Positions 41,508-51,128 of a stretch of 64,000 nt of DNA are shown here, in pieces; positions within the stretch are counted from its first letter, which is position 1, and the number at the start of each line of letters is the position of its first letter. Where the stretch lies: assembly GCA_965277285.1 (NCBI GenBank), contig OZ255721.1:512001-576000 (forward strand), written 5' to 3'. The notes beneath the pieces are model-generated. The model ran no database searches, had not been told where the DNA came from, and was given only the letters and a program-made list of their open reading frames with translations. This stretch comes from Abditibacteriaceae bacterium (GTDB lineage Bacteria; Armatimonadota; Abditibacteriia; Abditibacteriales; Abditibacteriaceae). The translations under genes and the position numbers were made by a program.

Positions 41508-42263
41508 ATGTCTCGAGTACTCGTTGTGGACGACGAAAACAATATCCGCCTGATGGTGCGACTGGCGCTCCAGGCGTCCAAGCATGAAGTGCAAACCGCC
41601 TCCGACGGCCAGGAAGCCCTCGATCTTTTCGGCGACGGCACCAACTGCGACGCCGTTTTGCTCGATCAAAGAATGCCTGGCATGGAAGGCCTCGATGTTC
41701 TGCGCGAAATGCGGCGCCGCGACACGACAGCGCGCGTTGTGATGATGACGGCTTTTGGCACCATCGACCTGGCCGCGTCCGCGATGCAGGCTGGCGCGAC
41801 TGGCTTTCTGCGCAAGCCTTTCACAACCACCATTTTGCGTAGCGCCGTTCAGGACGCGCTCGAAAACGTGTCCATTGTTCCCGAAAACAAAGTGCAAGCG
41901 CCACTCGCAGCGTCGCATTTCGAGCGCGCTTCGATCAACGGTTTTCGCATTCAGCCTTTGGAGGCCGAACAGCCCGCGATTAATGCGGATGGCACCCTCG
42001 AGTACTCGTTTGGCGTTTGCGGCATGGCAAACGAGGCTGCCGCGCGCTGCACCGTGATTTTGCCGCGATACGTGGTCGAATTGGTGCGCGCGCACGCCGA
42101 CCGCGAAGAAATGCCAGATCCTTTGTTCTGGCGCTGGCTCTGCGAAGAATCGCTGGCCAATTACCTGTGGCAAAACGCCGAAGCGCCAAGCGGCGGAACC
42201 TTGCGCGTCGATGAACTGACAACCGGCATGCGCCGCTGGATGGACGCCGTTTTGACGAGTTGA
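41508..42263 (+). CDS. Response regulator paralog with the same unrecognised C-terminal domain
   Basis: LVVDDE, DQRMP, MMTAF, KPF; C-terminal NGF...ANYLWQNAEAP. Confidence 0.9.
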   Translation: MSRVLVVDDENNIRLMVRLALQASKHEVQTASDGQEALDLFGDGTNCDAVLLDQRMPGMEGLDVLREMRRRDTTARVVMMTAFGTIDLAASAMQAGATGFLRKPFTTTILRSAVQDALENVSIVPENKVQAPLAASHFERASINGFRIQPLEAEQPAINADGTLEYSFGVCGMANEAAARCTVILPRYVVELVRAHADREEMPDPLFWRWLCEESLANYLWQNAEAPSGGTLRVDELTTGMRRWMDAVLTS

Positions 42264-42355
42264 AAGCGTGATCCGAGTAAAAAACGCGCCGCAATAAAAC
42301 AGAATTTGGTGCCCAATTGCTCACCGCCCACCCATGAACGAGTGATCTACAGTTG

Positions 42356-42563
42356 AAAGCCCCATGAATAGGACTGCACTGAGAAACAGTTTGCAAACTC
42401 CACAAAACGCTCTAAAAGCGAGATTTTGTCATCCTGAGCGCAGCGAAGAATCTATATCATAAGTCAGATTCTTCGCTGCGCTCAGAATGACAAAATGCAG
42501 GTTTCCAGCGTTGTTTTCTACTTTGCAAACTGCTTCTCAGTGCAGCCCCATTCATGGGGCTTT
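42356..42563. repeat. Triple-nested inverted repeat containing TGTCAT hairpin (copy 4, 42424-42495)
   Basis: AAAGCCCCATGAAT..CTGCACTGAGAA.CAGTTTGCAAA / TTTGCAAACTG.TTCTCAGTGCAG..ATTCATGGGGCTTT. Confidence 0.85.
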
Positions 42564-42632
42564 GAAACTCAGCCCGTTGCTTCAGCGGTGGGTGCCATCG
42601 GTACCCGACAATTTAAGATAAAGAACGTGAAC

Positions 42633-42883
42633 GACGAGTAAAATTTACTGGACGCTAAGTGAAAACGACTGGACAGCGAGTAAAAACTACTCAACATTGA
42701 ATGAAATTGACTCGACGACGAGCAAAAACATTTAGCGACAAGTGCACTTCACTCAACATCAAGCAAAATTCACTCGCCTCTGAATAAAAAATACTCAAGC
42801 GCCAGTGATATTCACTCACGGATGAGTGAATTGCGCTCAACGCCAGAGGAAAAAAACTCAATCTCCAATGAAATGCACTGGGC
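42633..42883. repeat. Degenerate tandem array, 12 units of 21 bp
   Basis: Consensus nnnRAGTRAAAwnnACTCRAC; one unit is 20 bp. Confidence 0.75.
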
Positions 42884-43043
42884 GTTAAAACAAGTTGACG
42901 AATCGAGTACTCGATTTATCTGACTGATGACGCACAATATTTGGAAGTCTATAAAAGCTAAATCCGTGTTCATCCGTGCCGTTATCCGTGACGGCGCAGC
43001 CGCCGTGTCCTGATTCCTCAACGATCATCAATCCTATTTTCTT

Positions 43044-44264
43044 ATGCCGACTGAAATTGAACGCCGCAAAACACCCGAAGAATGGCTCGAACACGCGCAG
43101 CGTGAGGAACGCGCCGAGCGATTGGCGAGTGGCGCCATCATCGACGGCGAAAGCGACGAACTGTTGCCCGATGAAGAAGACGAGTGGCCGCAAAAAGGCC
43201 GCTTGAAGATTTTTCTGGGCTTTGCGGCGGGCGTCGGCAAAACCTACAAGATGCTGGAAGAAGCGCGCCGTCGCCGCGACCGTGGGCAGGATGTCGCCAT
43301 CGGCTACATCGAAACGCACAAGCGGCGCGGAACGGAAGAACAATTGGGCGATCTGGAGCTTATTCCGCGCAAGAAAATCGAATACCGCGGCGTCGTGCTC
43401 GAAGAAATGGACACCGACGCCATTCTCGCGCGCCGCCCGCGCTTGGTTTTGGTCGATGAACTGGCGCACACCAACGCGCCCGGCAGCGCGCGCGAAAAAC
43501 GCTGGCAAGATGTCGATGTCTTATTGAACGCGGGCATCACGGTTTTATCGACGGTGAACGTGCAGCACCTGGAAAGCCTCAACGACACGGTTTTCGATAT
43601 CACCGGCGTGCGCGTGCGCGAAACCATTCCCGACCGCATTCTGCGCGAAGCCGATGAAGTCACCATTGTCGACATCACGCCGCGCGCGCTTATCAATCGC
43701 TTGAAGCGCGGCGATGTTTACAAGCCGGATAAAGTCGAACAGGCTTTAAGCAATTTTTTCCGCGAAGGGAATTTGGGCGCTTTGCGCGAGATCGCTTTGC
43801 GCGAAGTGGCGCGCGAAGTGGACGACGATGTTTCGGCGTATCGGCGCGAGAAAAACATCGAGCAGCATTGGCAGACCGGTGACCGCATTCTGGTTTGCCT
43901 CAGCCCGACGCAGGAATCGTTGCGTTTGCTGCGTCGCGGATGGCGTATCGCGCAACGCTTGCACGCCGACATCGTGGCGGTTCACGTCGCCACGCATCCG
44001 CCCAACGAAGAAGAACGAAAAGTTCTGCACAACGATTTCGCGCTTGCCGAACGCCTGGGCATTTTGGTTGTGACGCTGCACGGTCCCGTTTCCGACGAAC
44101 TGATTCGCTATGCCAGCGAAAACGAAATCACGCAAATTGTCATCGGCCATTCCAGTCGCTCGCGCTGGCAGGAATTGTGGAAAGGCTCCATCATCAACCG
44201 CCTGACGCGCGTCTTGCGCACCGTTGATATTTTAATCGTCACCGAACCGCAGGAAACGAAATAA
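43044..44264 (+). CDS. kdpD: Stand-alone KdpD sensor domain + Usp domain (no TM or kinase part)
   Basis: GRLKIFLGFAAGVGKTY.ML, VDELAHTN, KRWQDV, NVQHLESLND, NL.ALRE.ALR; C-terminal Usp. Confidence 0.92.
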   Translation: MPTEIERRKTPEEWLEHAQREERAERLASGAIIDGESDELLPDEEDEWPQKGRLKIFLGFAAGVGKTYKMLEEARRRRDRGQDVAIGYIETHKRRGTEEQLGDLELIPRKKIEYRGVVLEEMDTDAILARRPRLVLVDELAHTNAPGSAREKRWQDVDVLLNAGITVLSTVNVQHLESLNDTVFDITGVRVRETIPDRILREADEVTIVDITPRALINRLKRGDVYKPDKVEQALSNFFREGNLGALREIALREVAREVDDDVSAYRREKNIEQHWQTGDRILVCLSPTQESLRLLRRGWRIAQRLHADIVAVHVATHPPNEEERKVLHNDFALAERLGILVVTLHGPVSDELIRYASENEITQIVIGHSSRSRWQELWKGSIINRLTRVLRTVDILIVTEPQETK

Positions 44265-44436
44265 TGGTTAGATTTTGGGTCTTTGGTCTTGGGAATTCAG
44301 TACTCGATTTTCCCTTTCTCTATTTTCGATCCGTGAAAATCCGTTTAATCCGTGTAGCGAAGCTCTGTGTTCTAATTTCTAAACCTTCGTCACAATTTGC
44401 TTGCGCGTGGCTTATTCAATAACAGAAAATCAAACC

Positions 44437-45240
44437 ATGAAAATCATTCGTTATCAGAACGCGCAGGGCGAAGTTCGTCTCGCCGCGCAAGGATCAGACG
44501 GAACTTTCGACCTCGAAGGCGACTTGTTCAACGAGTACTCGATTTCGCAAACACCACCGCAAATCGACAAACTTTTGGCGCCAATCGTACCGTCCGCCCT
44601 TTTGTGCATCGGCTTGAATTATCGGCAGCACGCGGCGGAAACGGGCGCTAAAATTCCCGATGTGCCGATTTTATTCATCAAAAACCCCGCCGCGCTGCAA
44701 AACCCGAACGATCCGATTTTGTTGCCTCGTCATCTGCGCAGTGACGAAGTCGATTATGAAGGCGAACTGGCGGTCGTTATCGGCAAAAAGTGCAAAAACG
44801 TGTCGCGCGAACAAGCGCTGGACTATGTTTTGGGTTACACCTGCGGCAACGATGTCAGCGCGCGCGACTGGCAGAAAAAGTGGGGCGGCGGGCAGTGGAG
44901 TCGCGGCAAATCCTTCGATACCTTCGCACCGCTGGGGCCGTGTTTAGTCACGCCAGACGAGATTCTCAACCCGAATGCGCTGAACCTTAGAACTCTGGTG
45001 AACGGCGAAATTGTGCAGCAGGGAAACACGGACGACATGATTTTCGATGTGCCGACTTTGATCGAGTTCCTCAGCGGCAGCACGACCTTGCTCCCCGGAA
45101 CCGTCATTTTAACCGGCACGCCGCACGGCGTCGGCATGGCGCGTAACCCACCGCGCTGGCTCCAGGACGGCGATGTCGTCACGGTTGAAATCGAAAAAAT
45201 CGGTGCGCTGACCAACGTGGTGCAAGACGAAGTCATTTGA
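44437..45240 (+). CDS. Fumarylacetoacetate hydrolase family protein
   Basis: CIGLNY..H, DYEGEL, NDVSARD.Q, GKSFDTF.PLGP, TGTP.GVG. Confidence 0.94.
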   Translation: MKIIRYQNAQGEVRLAAQGSDGTFDLEGDLFNEYSISQTPPQIDKLLAPIVPSALLCIGLNYRQHAAETGAKIPDVPILFIKNPAALQNPNDPILLPRHLRSDEVDYEGELAVVIGKKCKNVSREQALDYVLGYTCGNDVSARDWQKKWGGGQWSRGKSFDTFAPLGPCLVTPDEILNPNALNLRTLVNGEIVQQGNTDDMIFDVPTLIEFLSGSTTLLPGTVILTGTPHGVGMARNPPRWLQDGDVVTVEIEKIGALTNVVQDEVI

Positions 45241-45437
45241 AAAGGTAGAGGATTTCAGGCGTTGTTAAAGCGACATACACCAGGATTCATGCTGATTATG
45301 ACGAGGCGCGTTGGTCAAAGGAGCGCCGTTGATTAACCACAGAAAACAAGCGCAAGCGAACAAGACGTTGCACTGAAAGCCCGTTATCGAGTACTCGATA
45401 AAGCTTTACTTAATGTATAAGTTAAAATCTGAAAGGT

Positions 45438-46010
45438 ATGACAACGGAAGAAATAACAAAAGAAAACTACATTTCAATTATCAGCAACACAAAGCAGAGG
45501 AAAAGACTTCTTGCCGCCTTGAAGCGCGAAGAAGGTTCCTCTTTGCCGCTCATAAACCACTGCGACCAAATTGGTCAAGCTTGCGTTGCGACACCAGAGC
45601 AATTGCGCAATGCAGTTCGTATTTTGATGAAGCTAAGTTGGCGCGCAGGTGCATCGGATCATTTGTTGTCACCGCTGGTATTTCATCCTCATATACCCGA
45701 AGATGCACTGGCCGATTTGCTCGATAAGAACAGATGTCTTGTCGATTTGATTCATCGATCTGGGCCATTGTGGTTGCTTGAGCGTTTGGCGGAGAAAGAA
45801 CCTGATTGCGAAGCAGTGACGACTTTGGCTTTGAATTATTACAGCCAGGATGAATACTCAATTGAACAGTTTGCTGAGTTTCTTCAAGCTCACCAAGAAG
45901 ACGAAATTCTCAACTACGTCTTAACGCGCACGCATAAATTGTCGCCAGAAAAGTGGGCGGTCGTTTATACGATGTTTGGCGAAGATAACCGACAGCAAAG
46001 AAACCGATGA
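45438..46010 (+). CDS. Hypothetical protein (lower GC)
   Basis: 190-aa ORF with AAAGG RBS; no motif recognised. Confidence 0.65.
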   Translation: MTTEEITKENYISIISNTKQRKRLLAALKREEGSSLPLINHCDQIGQACVATPEQLRNAVRILMKLSWRAGASDHLLSPLVFHPHIPEDALADLLDKNRCLVDLIHRSGPLWLLERLAEKEPDCEAVTTLALNYYSQDEYSIEQFAEFLQAHQEDEILNYVLTRTHKLSPEKWAVVYTMFGEDNRQQRNR

Positions 46011-46061
46011 AATACGTCGCGTTTAGCGTAAGACATATAAAGACGTGCAAATTGGACACGA

Positions 46062-46099
46062 CAAAGCGCCTCAATCGAGTACTCGATTGAGGCGCTTTG
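46062..46099. terminator. Perfect 38-bp palindrome, probable bidirectional terminator after rpoC
   Basis: CAAAGCGCCTCAATCGAGT|ACTCGATTGAGGCGCTTTG between convergent genes. Confidence 0.85.
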
Positions 46100-46115
46100 G
46101 TTTAATTAACAACTT

Positions 46116-49100
46116 TTAAGCGTCGATTGAAAGTCCGTCCAGGTCGCCCAACAAATCTTCTTCCAGCGCCAGATCATCTTCGCTGGGTTCGATTTCTTCG
46201 ACTACGGAATCGTCGCCGCTGCCGCTCAGTTCGCCGACTGAGAAACCGGCGGCTGCCGCTTCGCCCAAATCATCAGCGATGATCGGTGCATCCAACGGGA
46301 AGATGTCGGCGGTGTCAATAGCGAGTCGATCTTTTGGCTTGGCGCGCAACTCTTCGGCATTGATTTCTTCGGGATGCGCTTCGGCATACGCTTTGGCTTC
46401 GGCGTCCTCGAAAACATCAATGCGCATTTTGCGCTGCAAGCCGGTTCCCGCCGGAATCAAACGCCCAATGATGACGTTCTCTTTCAAGCCGGACAACACA
46501 TCGACACGCCCGTGCGTCGCCGCTTCGGTCAAGACTTTGGTCGTCTTCTGGAAACTCGCCGCCGACAGGAACGATTCCGTCGCCAACGCCGCTTCGGTAA
46601 TTCCCAAGAGGACGAAGTCTGCCGTTGCGGGCTGCAAACCTTCGGCTGTGATGCGTTCGTTGATCGCATTCAGCGTCGAGTTATCGACCAATTTGCCCGG
46701 CATCAATTCCGTATCGCCGCCGTCCTTGATGCGACGCTTGCGCAACATTTGACGAACGATGACTTCGATGTGCTTGTCGTTCATCTGGATGCCCTGCGAC
46801 TTATAGACCTTTTGAACTTCCTGCACCAGATATTCCGCGACGCCCTTCAAGCCGCGCCACGCCAATACGTCCTGCGGCCACAGTGGGCCTTTGGTCAACG
46901 TATCGCCCGCCTGCACTTCCTGACCGACGCGCACGTCCAGGTTGCCGCGATACGGAACCGCAAATTCGCGCTGCACCGTGACGTTTGGATGTCCGGCTTT
47001 CTCGATGGAATCGAGCATTTTGTCCGTCACTTCTTGACCAGCGGTCGCCAGAGGCTTGTCGCCTTTGCCGCCCGCTACGTTGCCCGCCAAATAGTGACCG
47101 ACGATTTTGTCGCGTTCGCCGACGTTGGCCGTCGTCTGGATGATAACGCGGCGCACGCCCAACTTGGCGACTTCCAAGTCCATCGAAAGCGTCACGCCCG
47201 TCATCACTTCAGCGCGACCGCCGCCGACAACCGCCACAACCGTTCCTTCCACCGTCGAAGTGATCGCTTCGCCCTTGGGCTTGCGCGCCTCGAACAGTTC
47301 AACAACACGAAGCAAGCCGCCGACAGTCGATTCGAGAACCTTCAAATACTTTTGAATTTCTCGCTTCTGCTGCGTGATATTGCCCTGAATCGTCACCGTT
47401 CCCTTGTTCATATCCGAGCGCAATTCCTGCAACGCTTTCTGGCGCGCTTGTTTCACGTTCGCCACGCCGGTCAGGTTGTTGCCCGACGCGACGCCGCCAA
47501 GGTGGAAGGTGCGCATCGTCAACTGCGTTCCCGGTTCGCCAATAGACTGCGCCGCGATGATGCCGACGGCTTCGCCGGTTTCGACGCGATGATTGGTCGC
47601 CAGGTCGTGACCATAGCACGCGGCGCAAACGCCGTGTCCTAATTTGCAGGTCAAAATCGAACGAATTTTCACTTCGCGCACGCCGGTCTTTTCGATTTCT
47701 TCCGCCGTTTTGCGGTCGATTTCTTCGTTCGCCTTCACCAGTACTCGACCGTCCGCCGACTTGATGGTTTCCAAACTGGTGCGTGAAACCAAACGCTCGC
47801 CCAACGGTTCCAGCGGCATATGAATGCGAATACGCGCATCGCTCGGCCATTCCAGCGACTGAATTTCCTTATACAAATCGGCGTTGATATAAGTCTCGGC
47901 CTCGTACAACGTTTCGCCCGTTTGCGGATGCTTCACGGCATCGGCCAGGCGACGACCCAGCAAAACGCGCTCGTTGGTGCGATGCAATTCGTCGCTTTCA
48001 TACACTTCACGAACCGTAATGCCATCGTTGGTGCCGCAATCGTCGGCGCGAATAATGACGTCCTGCGACACGTCCACCAGGCGACGCGTCAAATATCCGG
48101 CGTCCGCCGTGCGCAAAGCCGTGTCCGCCAAGCCTTTGCGCGCGCCGTGCGTCGACACGAAGTATTCGTGCAAATCCAAGCCTTCACGGAAGTTCGACTT
48201 CACCGGCAAGTCTTCGATCATTCGGCCCGAAGGGTCTTGCATCAAGCCGCGCATTCCCACGATCTGCTGAATTTGCTTGACCGAACCGCGCGCGCCCGAC
48301 GTGGCCATCATATAGAACGGGTTGAACTTGTCCATCGCCGCCAAAACGTCTTGGCCGACATCTTCCGCCGCTTTAATCCACGATTGCAGTACTCGACTTT
48401 CACGTTCCGGCCCCGTCATCGTCAACGGATCGTTGATGTATGCGTTGTTGATGCGCTTCACGTTGGCTTCAGCCTTCGCCACGATTTCGTCACGCTTCGA
48501 GACGACATCAATGTCGGACAACGAAATCGAAATGCCGCTCTTCGTTCCATACTTAAAACCCAGCGCCTTGATGTCGTCGAGGAACTGCACGCAACGCTCG
48601 TTGCCCATTTCGGCGTGAATCTTCACGATCAGGTTGCCAATCGTTTTCTTGTCAATCGGCGCGTTGATGAACTCCAATTCTTCGGGCAAAATCTCGTTGA
48701 AGACCAAACGCCCGGGCGTCGTCGTCAATCGAGTACTCGATTGCTCTTTGGTGCCCTTTTTGATGGTGCGACGAACCACCATCAAATCCTGCATCCCGAC
48801 GCGACCGCTGTCATATGCCATCGTCGCTTCTTCCACGTTGGCGAAGTGCGGCAAAGCGTGCAACTCCTCTTCGGAAAGCTGCGCTGCGGTTTTGGTGTTC
48901 TTCTTTTGCATCGTCAAGTTGTAGCAACCCAACACCATGTCATACATCGGCGCCATCGCTGGAGCGCCATCGCGCGGCGAAAACAGGTTATTGGAAGACA
49001 ACATCAAGATGCGCGCTTCGGCCTGCGCAGCCGGAAACAACGGAACGTGAACCGCCATCTGATCGCCGTCAAAGTCGGCGTTGAAAGCCGGACAAACCAA

Positions 49101-50831
49101 AGGATGCAACTGAATCGCCTTGCCATCGACTAACTTCGGCTCGAACGCTTGAATTCCCAAGCGGTGCAACGTCGGCGCGCGGTTCAACATGACCGGATGG
49201 TGCGCGATGACTTCTTCCAAAGCGTCCCAAACTTCCGGCTTCAAGCGGTCGACCATGCGCCTTGCCGTTTTGATATTGGTCGTGAAACCTTTCTGCACAA
49301 GGCGTTTCATCACGAACGGCTTGAACAATTCGAGCGCCATTTCTTTGGGCAAACCGCACTGATCCAAACGCAATCCGGGGCCGACGACGATAACCGAACG
49401 ACCGGAATAATCGACGCGCTTGCCCAACAGGTTTTTGCGAAAACGGCCTTCCTTGCCCTTCAACATATCGGACAACGACTTCAAAGGACGACCGCTCGAG
49501 CCCGTGACAGGACGCTGACGACGCGTGTTGTCGATCAGGGCGTCGCACGATTCCTGAAGCAAACGCTTCTCGTGGTTGATGATGCTTTCGGGCGCTTTGA
49601 TTTCCGTGATGCGCTTCAAGCGGTTGTTGCGGTTGATGATGCGACGATAAAGATCGTTCAAGTCGGATGTCGCAAAGCGTCCGCCGTCCAATTGAACCAT
49701 CGGGCGCAATTCCGGCGGCATGACGGGAACGGTTTCCAAAATCATCCACTCGGGACGGTTCTTCGATTTGCGAAACGCTTCGACGATTTCCAAACGCTTG
49801 ATCAAGCGCAATCTTTTGGCGCCAGTCTGCGTTTCCTGCACTGACTTCTTCAATTCGCGCGAAAGGGATTCCAGGTCAATATCTTCCAGCAATTTCTTGA
49901 CGGCTTCGGCCCCCATTCCGGCGTGAAACAGGTCGTCAAAACCTTTGCCCAGCTTGCGCGTGATGGTTTCCATCAACTTTTGTAAGCCACGATATTCTTT
50001 GTCTTCCAGCAGGCGGCGCTTTTCCAGTTCGGCCAAAAGTCCCAGAGCGTCCGTCAATTCTTTCTTGCGCTCGTCGGCAAATGCGTCGCCGGAAGCGTCT
50101 TCGGCACGCTTGCGCGCCTGCTCGACATCTTCTTTGGTGATGCCTTCGTCTTCTTCGACCAAACGCTGCTGCGCTTCCACATAAACATCAATGGCACGCT
50201 TGCGCTCCAGGTCGCGCGAGTTGTCGATCTCCTGCAACTCGTCGTTCACGGCATCGCGGATGCGCTCGATGTTCTTGGAAATTTTGCCCTGATCGGCGCG
50301 CGTCACAATCCAGTGCGAAAAATACAATGCACGTTCCAGAAAGCGCGGCGACATATCGAGCAAAAGCGCCATCGGCGAAGGCACGCCTTTGACGTACCAC
50401 AAATGCGCGACGGGCGACGCCAATTCGATGTGTCCCATGCGCACGCGACGCACTTTGGCGCGTGTCACTTCGACGCCGCAACGGTCGCAAATAACGCCCT
50501 TGAACTTCGATTTCTTGAACTTGCCGCACGAGCATTCCAAATCTTTGGTCGGGCCAAAGATGCGCTCGCAAAACAAGCCGTCGCGTTCCGGCTTAAAAGT
50601 GCGATAGTTGATAGTTTCTGGCTTTTTGACTTCGCCACGGCTCCACGAACGAATGTCCTGCGGGCTGGCGATGCTGATGCGCAGCAAGTCAAACGCGGTT
50701 GAGGACAACGCCTGCTTGGTTTCCTTGCCGCGCGAATTGCTACTGCGATCCATTTGACCATCGCGTGTGTCGCGCGTCATGCCGGTCGTTTCCATCGGCG
50801 GAACGGTTAAAAATTGTGCTTGATCTGCCAT
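46116..50831 (-). CDS. rpoC: RNA polymerase beta' subunit
   Basis: [12 protein letters not shown], zinc-finger cysteines, [13 protein letters not shown]. Confidence 0.99.
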   Translation of the reverse strand: MADQAQFLTVPPMETTGMTRDTRDGQMDRSSNSRGKETKQALSSTAFDLLRISIASPQDIRSWSRGEVKKPETINYRTFKPERDGLFCERIFGPTKDLECSCGKFKKSKFKGVICDRCGVEVTRAKVRRVRMGHIELASPVAHLWYVKGVPSPMALLLDMSPRFLERALYFSHWIVTRADQGKISKNIERIRDAVNDELQEIDNSRDLERKRAIDVYVEAQQRLVEEDEGITKEDVEQARKRAEDASGDAFADERKKELTDALGLLAELEKRRLLEDKEYRGLQKLMETITRKLGKGFDDLFHAGMGAEAVKKLLEDIDLESLSRELKKSVQETQTGAKRLRLIKRLEIVEAFRKSKNRPEWMILETVPVMPPELRPMVQLDGGRFATSDLNDLYRRIINRNNRLKRITEIKAPESIINHEKRLLQESCDALIDNTRRQRPVTGSSGRPLKSLSDMLKGKEGRFRKNLLGKRVDYSGRSVIVVGPGLRLDQCGLPKEMALELFKPFVMKRLVQKGFTTNIKTARRMVDRLKPEVWDALEEVIAHHPVMLNRAPTLHRLGIQAFEPKLVDGKAIQLHPLVCPAFNADFDGDQMAVHVPLFPAAQAEARILMLSSNNLFSPRDGAPAMAPMYDMVLGCYNLTMQKKNTKTAAQLSEEELHALPHFANVEEATMAYDSGRVGMQDLMVVRRTIKKGTKEQSSTRLTTTPGRLVFNEILPEELEFINAPIDKKTIGNLIVKIHAEMGNERCVQFLDDIKALGFKYGTKSGISISLSDIDVVSKRDEIVAKAEANVKRINNAYINDPLTMTGPERESRVLQSWIKAAEDVGQDVLAAMDKFNPFYMMATSGARGSVKQIQQIVGMRGLMQDPSGRMIEDLPVKSNFREGLDLHEYFVSTHGARKGLADTALRTADAGYLTRRLVDVSQDVIIRADDCGTNDGITVREVYESDELHRTNERVLLGRRLADAVKHPQTGETLYEAETYINADLYKEIQSLEWPSDARIRIHMPLEPLGERLVSRTSLETIKSADGRVLVKANEEIDRKTAEEIEKTGVREVKIRSILTCKLGHGVCAACYGHDLATNHRVETGEAVGIIAAQSIGEPGTQLTMRTFHLGGVASGNNLTGVANVKQARQKALQELRSDMNKGTVTIQGNITQQKREIQKYLKVLESTVGGLLRVVELFEARKPKGEAITSTVEGTVVAVVGGGRAEVMTGVTLSMDLEVAKLGVRRVIIQTTANVGERDKIVGHYLAGNVAGGKGDKPLATAGQEVTDKMLDSIEKAGHPNVTVQREFAVPYRGNLDVRVGQEVQAGDTLTKGPLWPQDVLAWRGLKGVAEYLVQEVQKVYKSQGIQMNDKHIEVIVRQMLRKRRIKDGGDTELMPGKLVDNSTLNAINERITAEGLQPATADFVLLGITEAALATESFLSAASFQKTTKVLTEAATHGRVDVLSGLKENVIIGRLIPAGTGLQRKMRIDVFEDAEAKAYAEAHPEEINAEELRAKPKDRLAIDTADIFPLDAPIIADDLGEAAAAGFSVGELSGSGDDSVVEEIEPSEDDLALEEDLLGDLDGLSIDA

Positions 50832-50924
50832 ATTCCAATAGCTCCTTGGAAGGCCGAAACCTTCCAGCTACTTGTGTCAAAAACGACTATAAAAACGATT
50901 ATCGAGTACTCGATTGCGGAAGTT

Positions 50925-51126
50925 GAACCGCCAAGACGCCAAGGCCGCCAAGAAAGAAAAGATTGAATCGTCGCAATCCTTTGTCATTCTGAACGTAGAG
51001 AAGAATCTAACTGCAACCAGATTCTTCTCTACGCTCAGAATGACAAAGTGTTACTTTCGAGTACTCAATTTCTTCTTTGTGTCTTTTGTGCTCTTTGTGG
51101 CCATTTTCTCCGCGTCTTGGCAGTTG
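50925..51126. repeat. Composite intergenic repeat: CCGCCAAGACGCC arms enclosing TGTCATTCTGA hairpin (copy 5, 50980-51047)
   Basis: Between rpoB and rpoC; variant with compensatory changes (CGTAGAGAAG/CTTCTCTACG). Confidence 0.8.
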
Positions 51127-51128
51127 AA

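Noticed and set aside
42633..42883. CRISPR array
   Set aside because: The period is only 21 bp, there is no identical repeat with unique spacers, and no cas genes are in the window.
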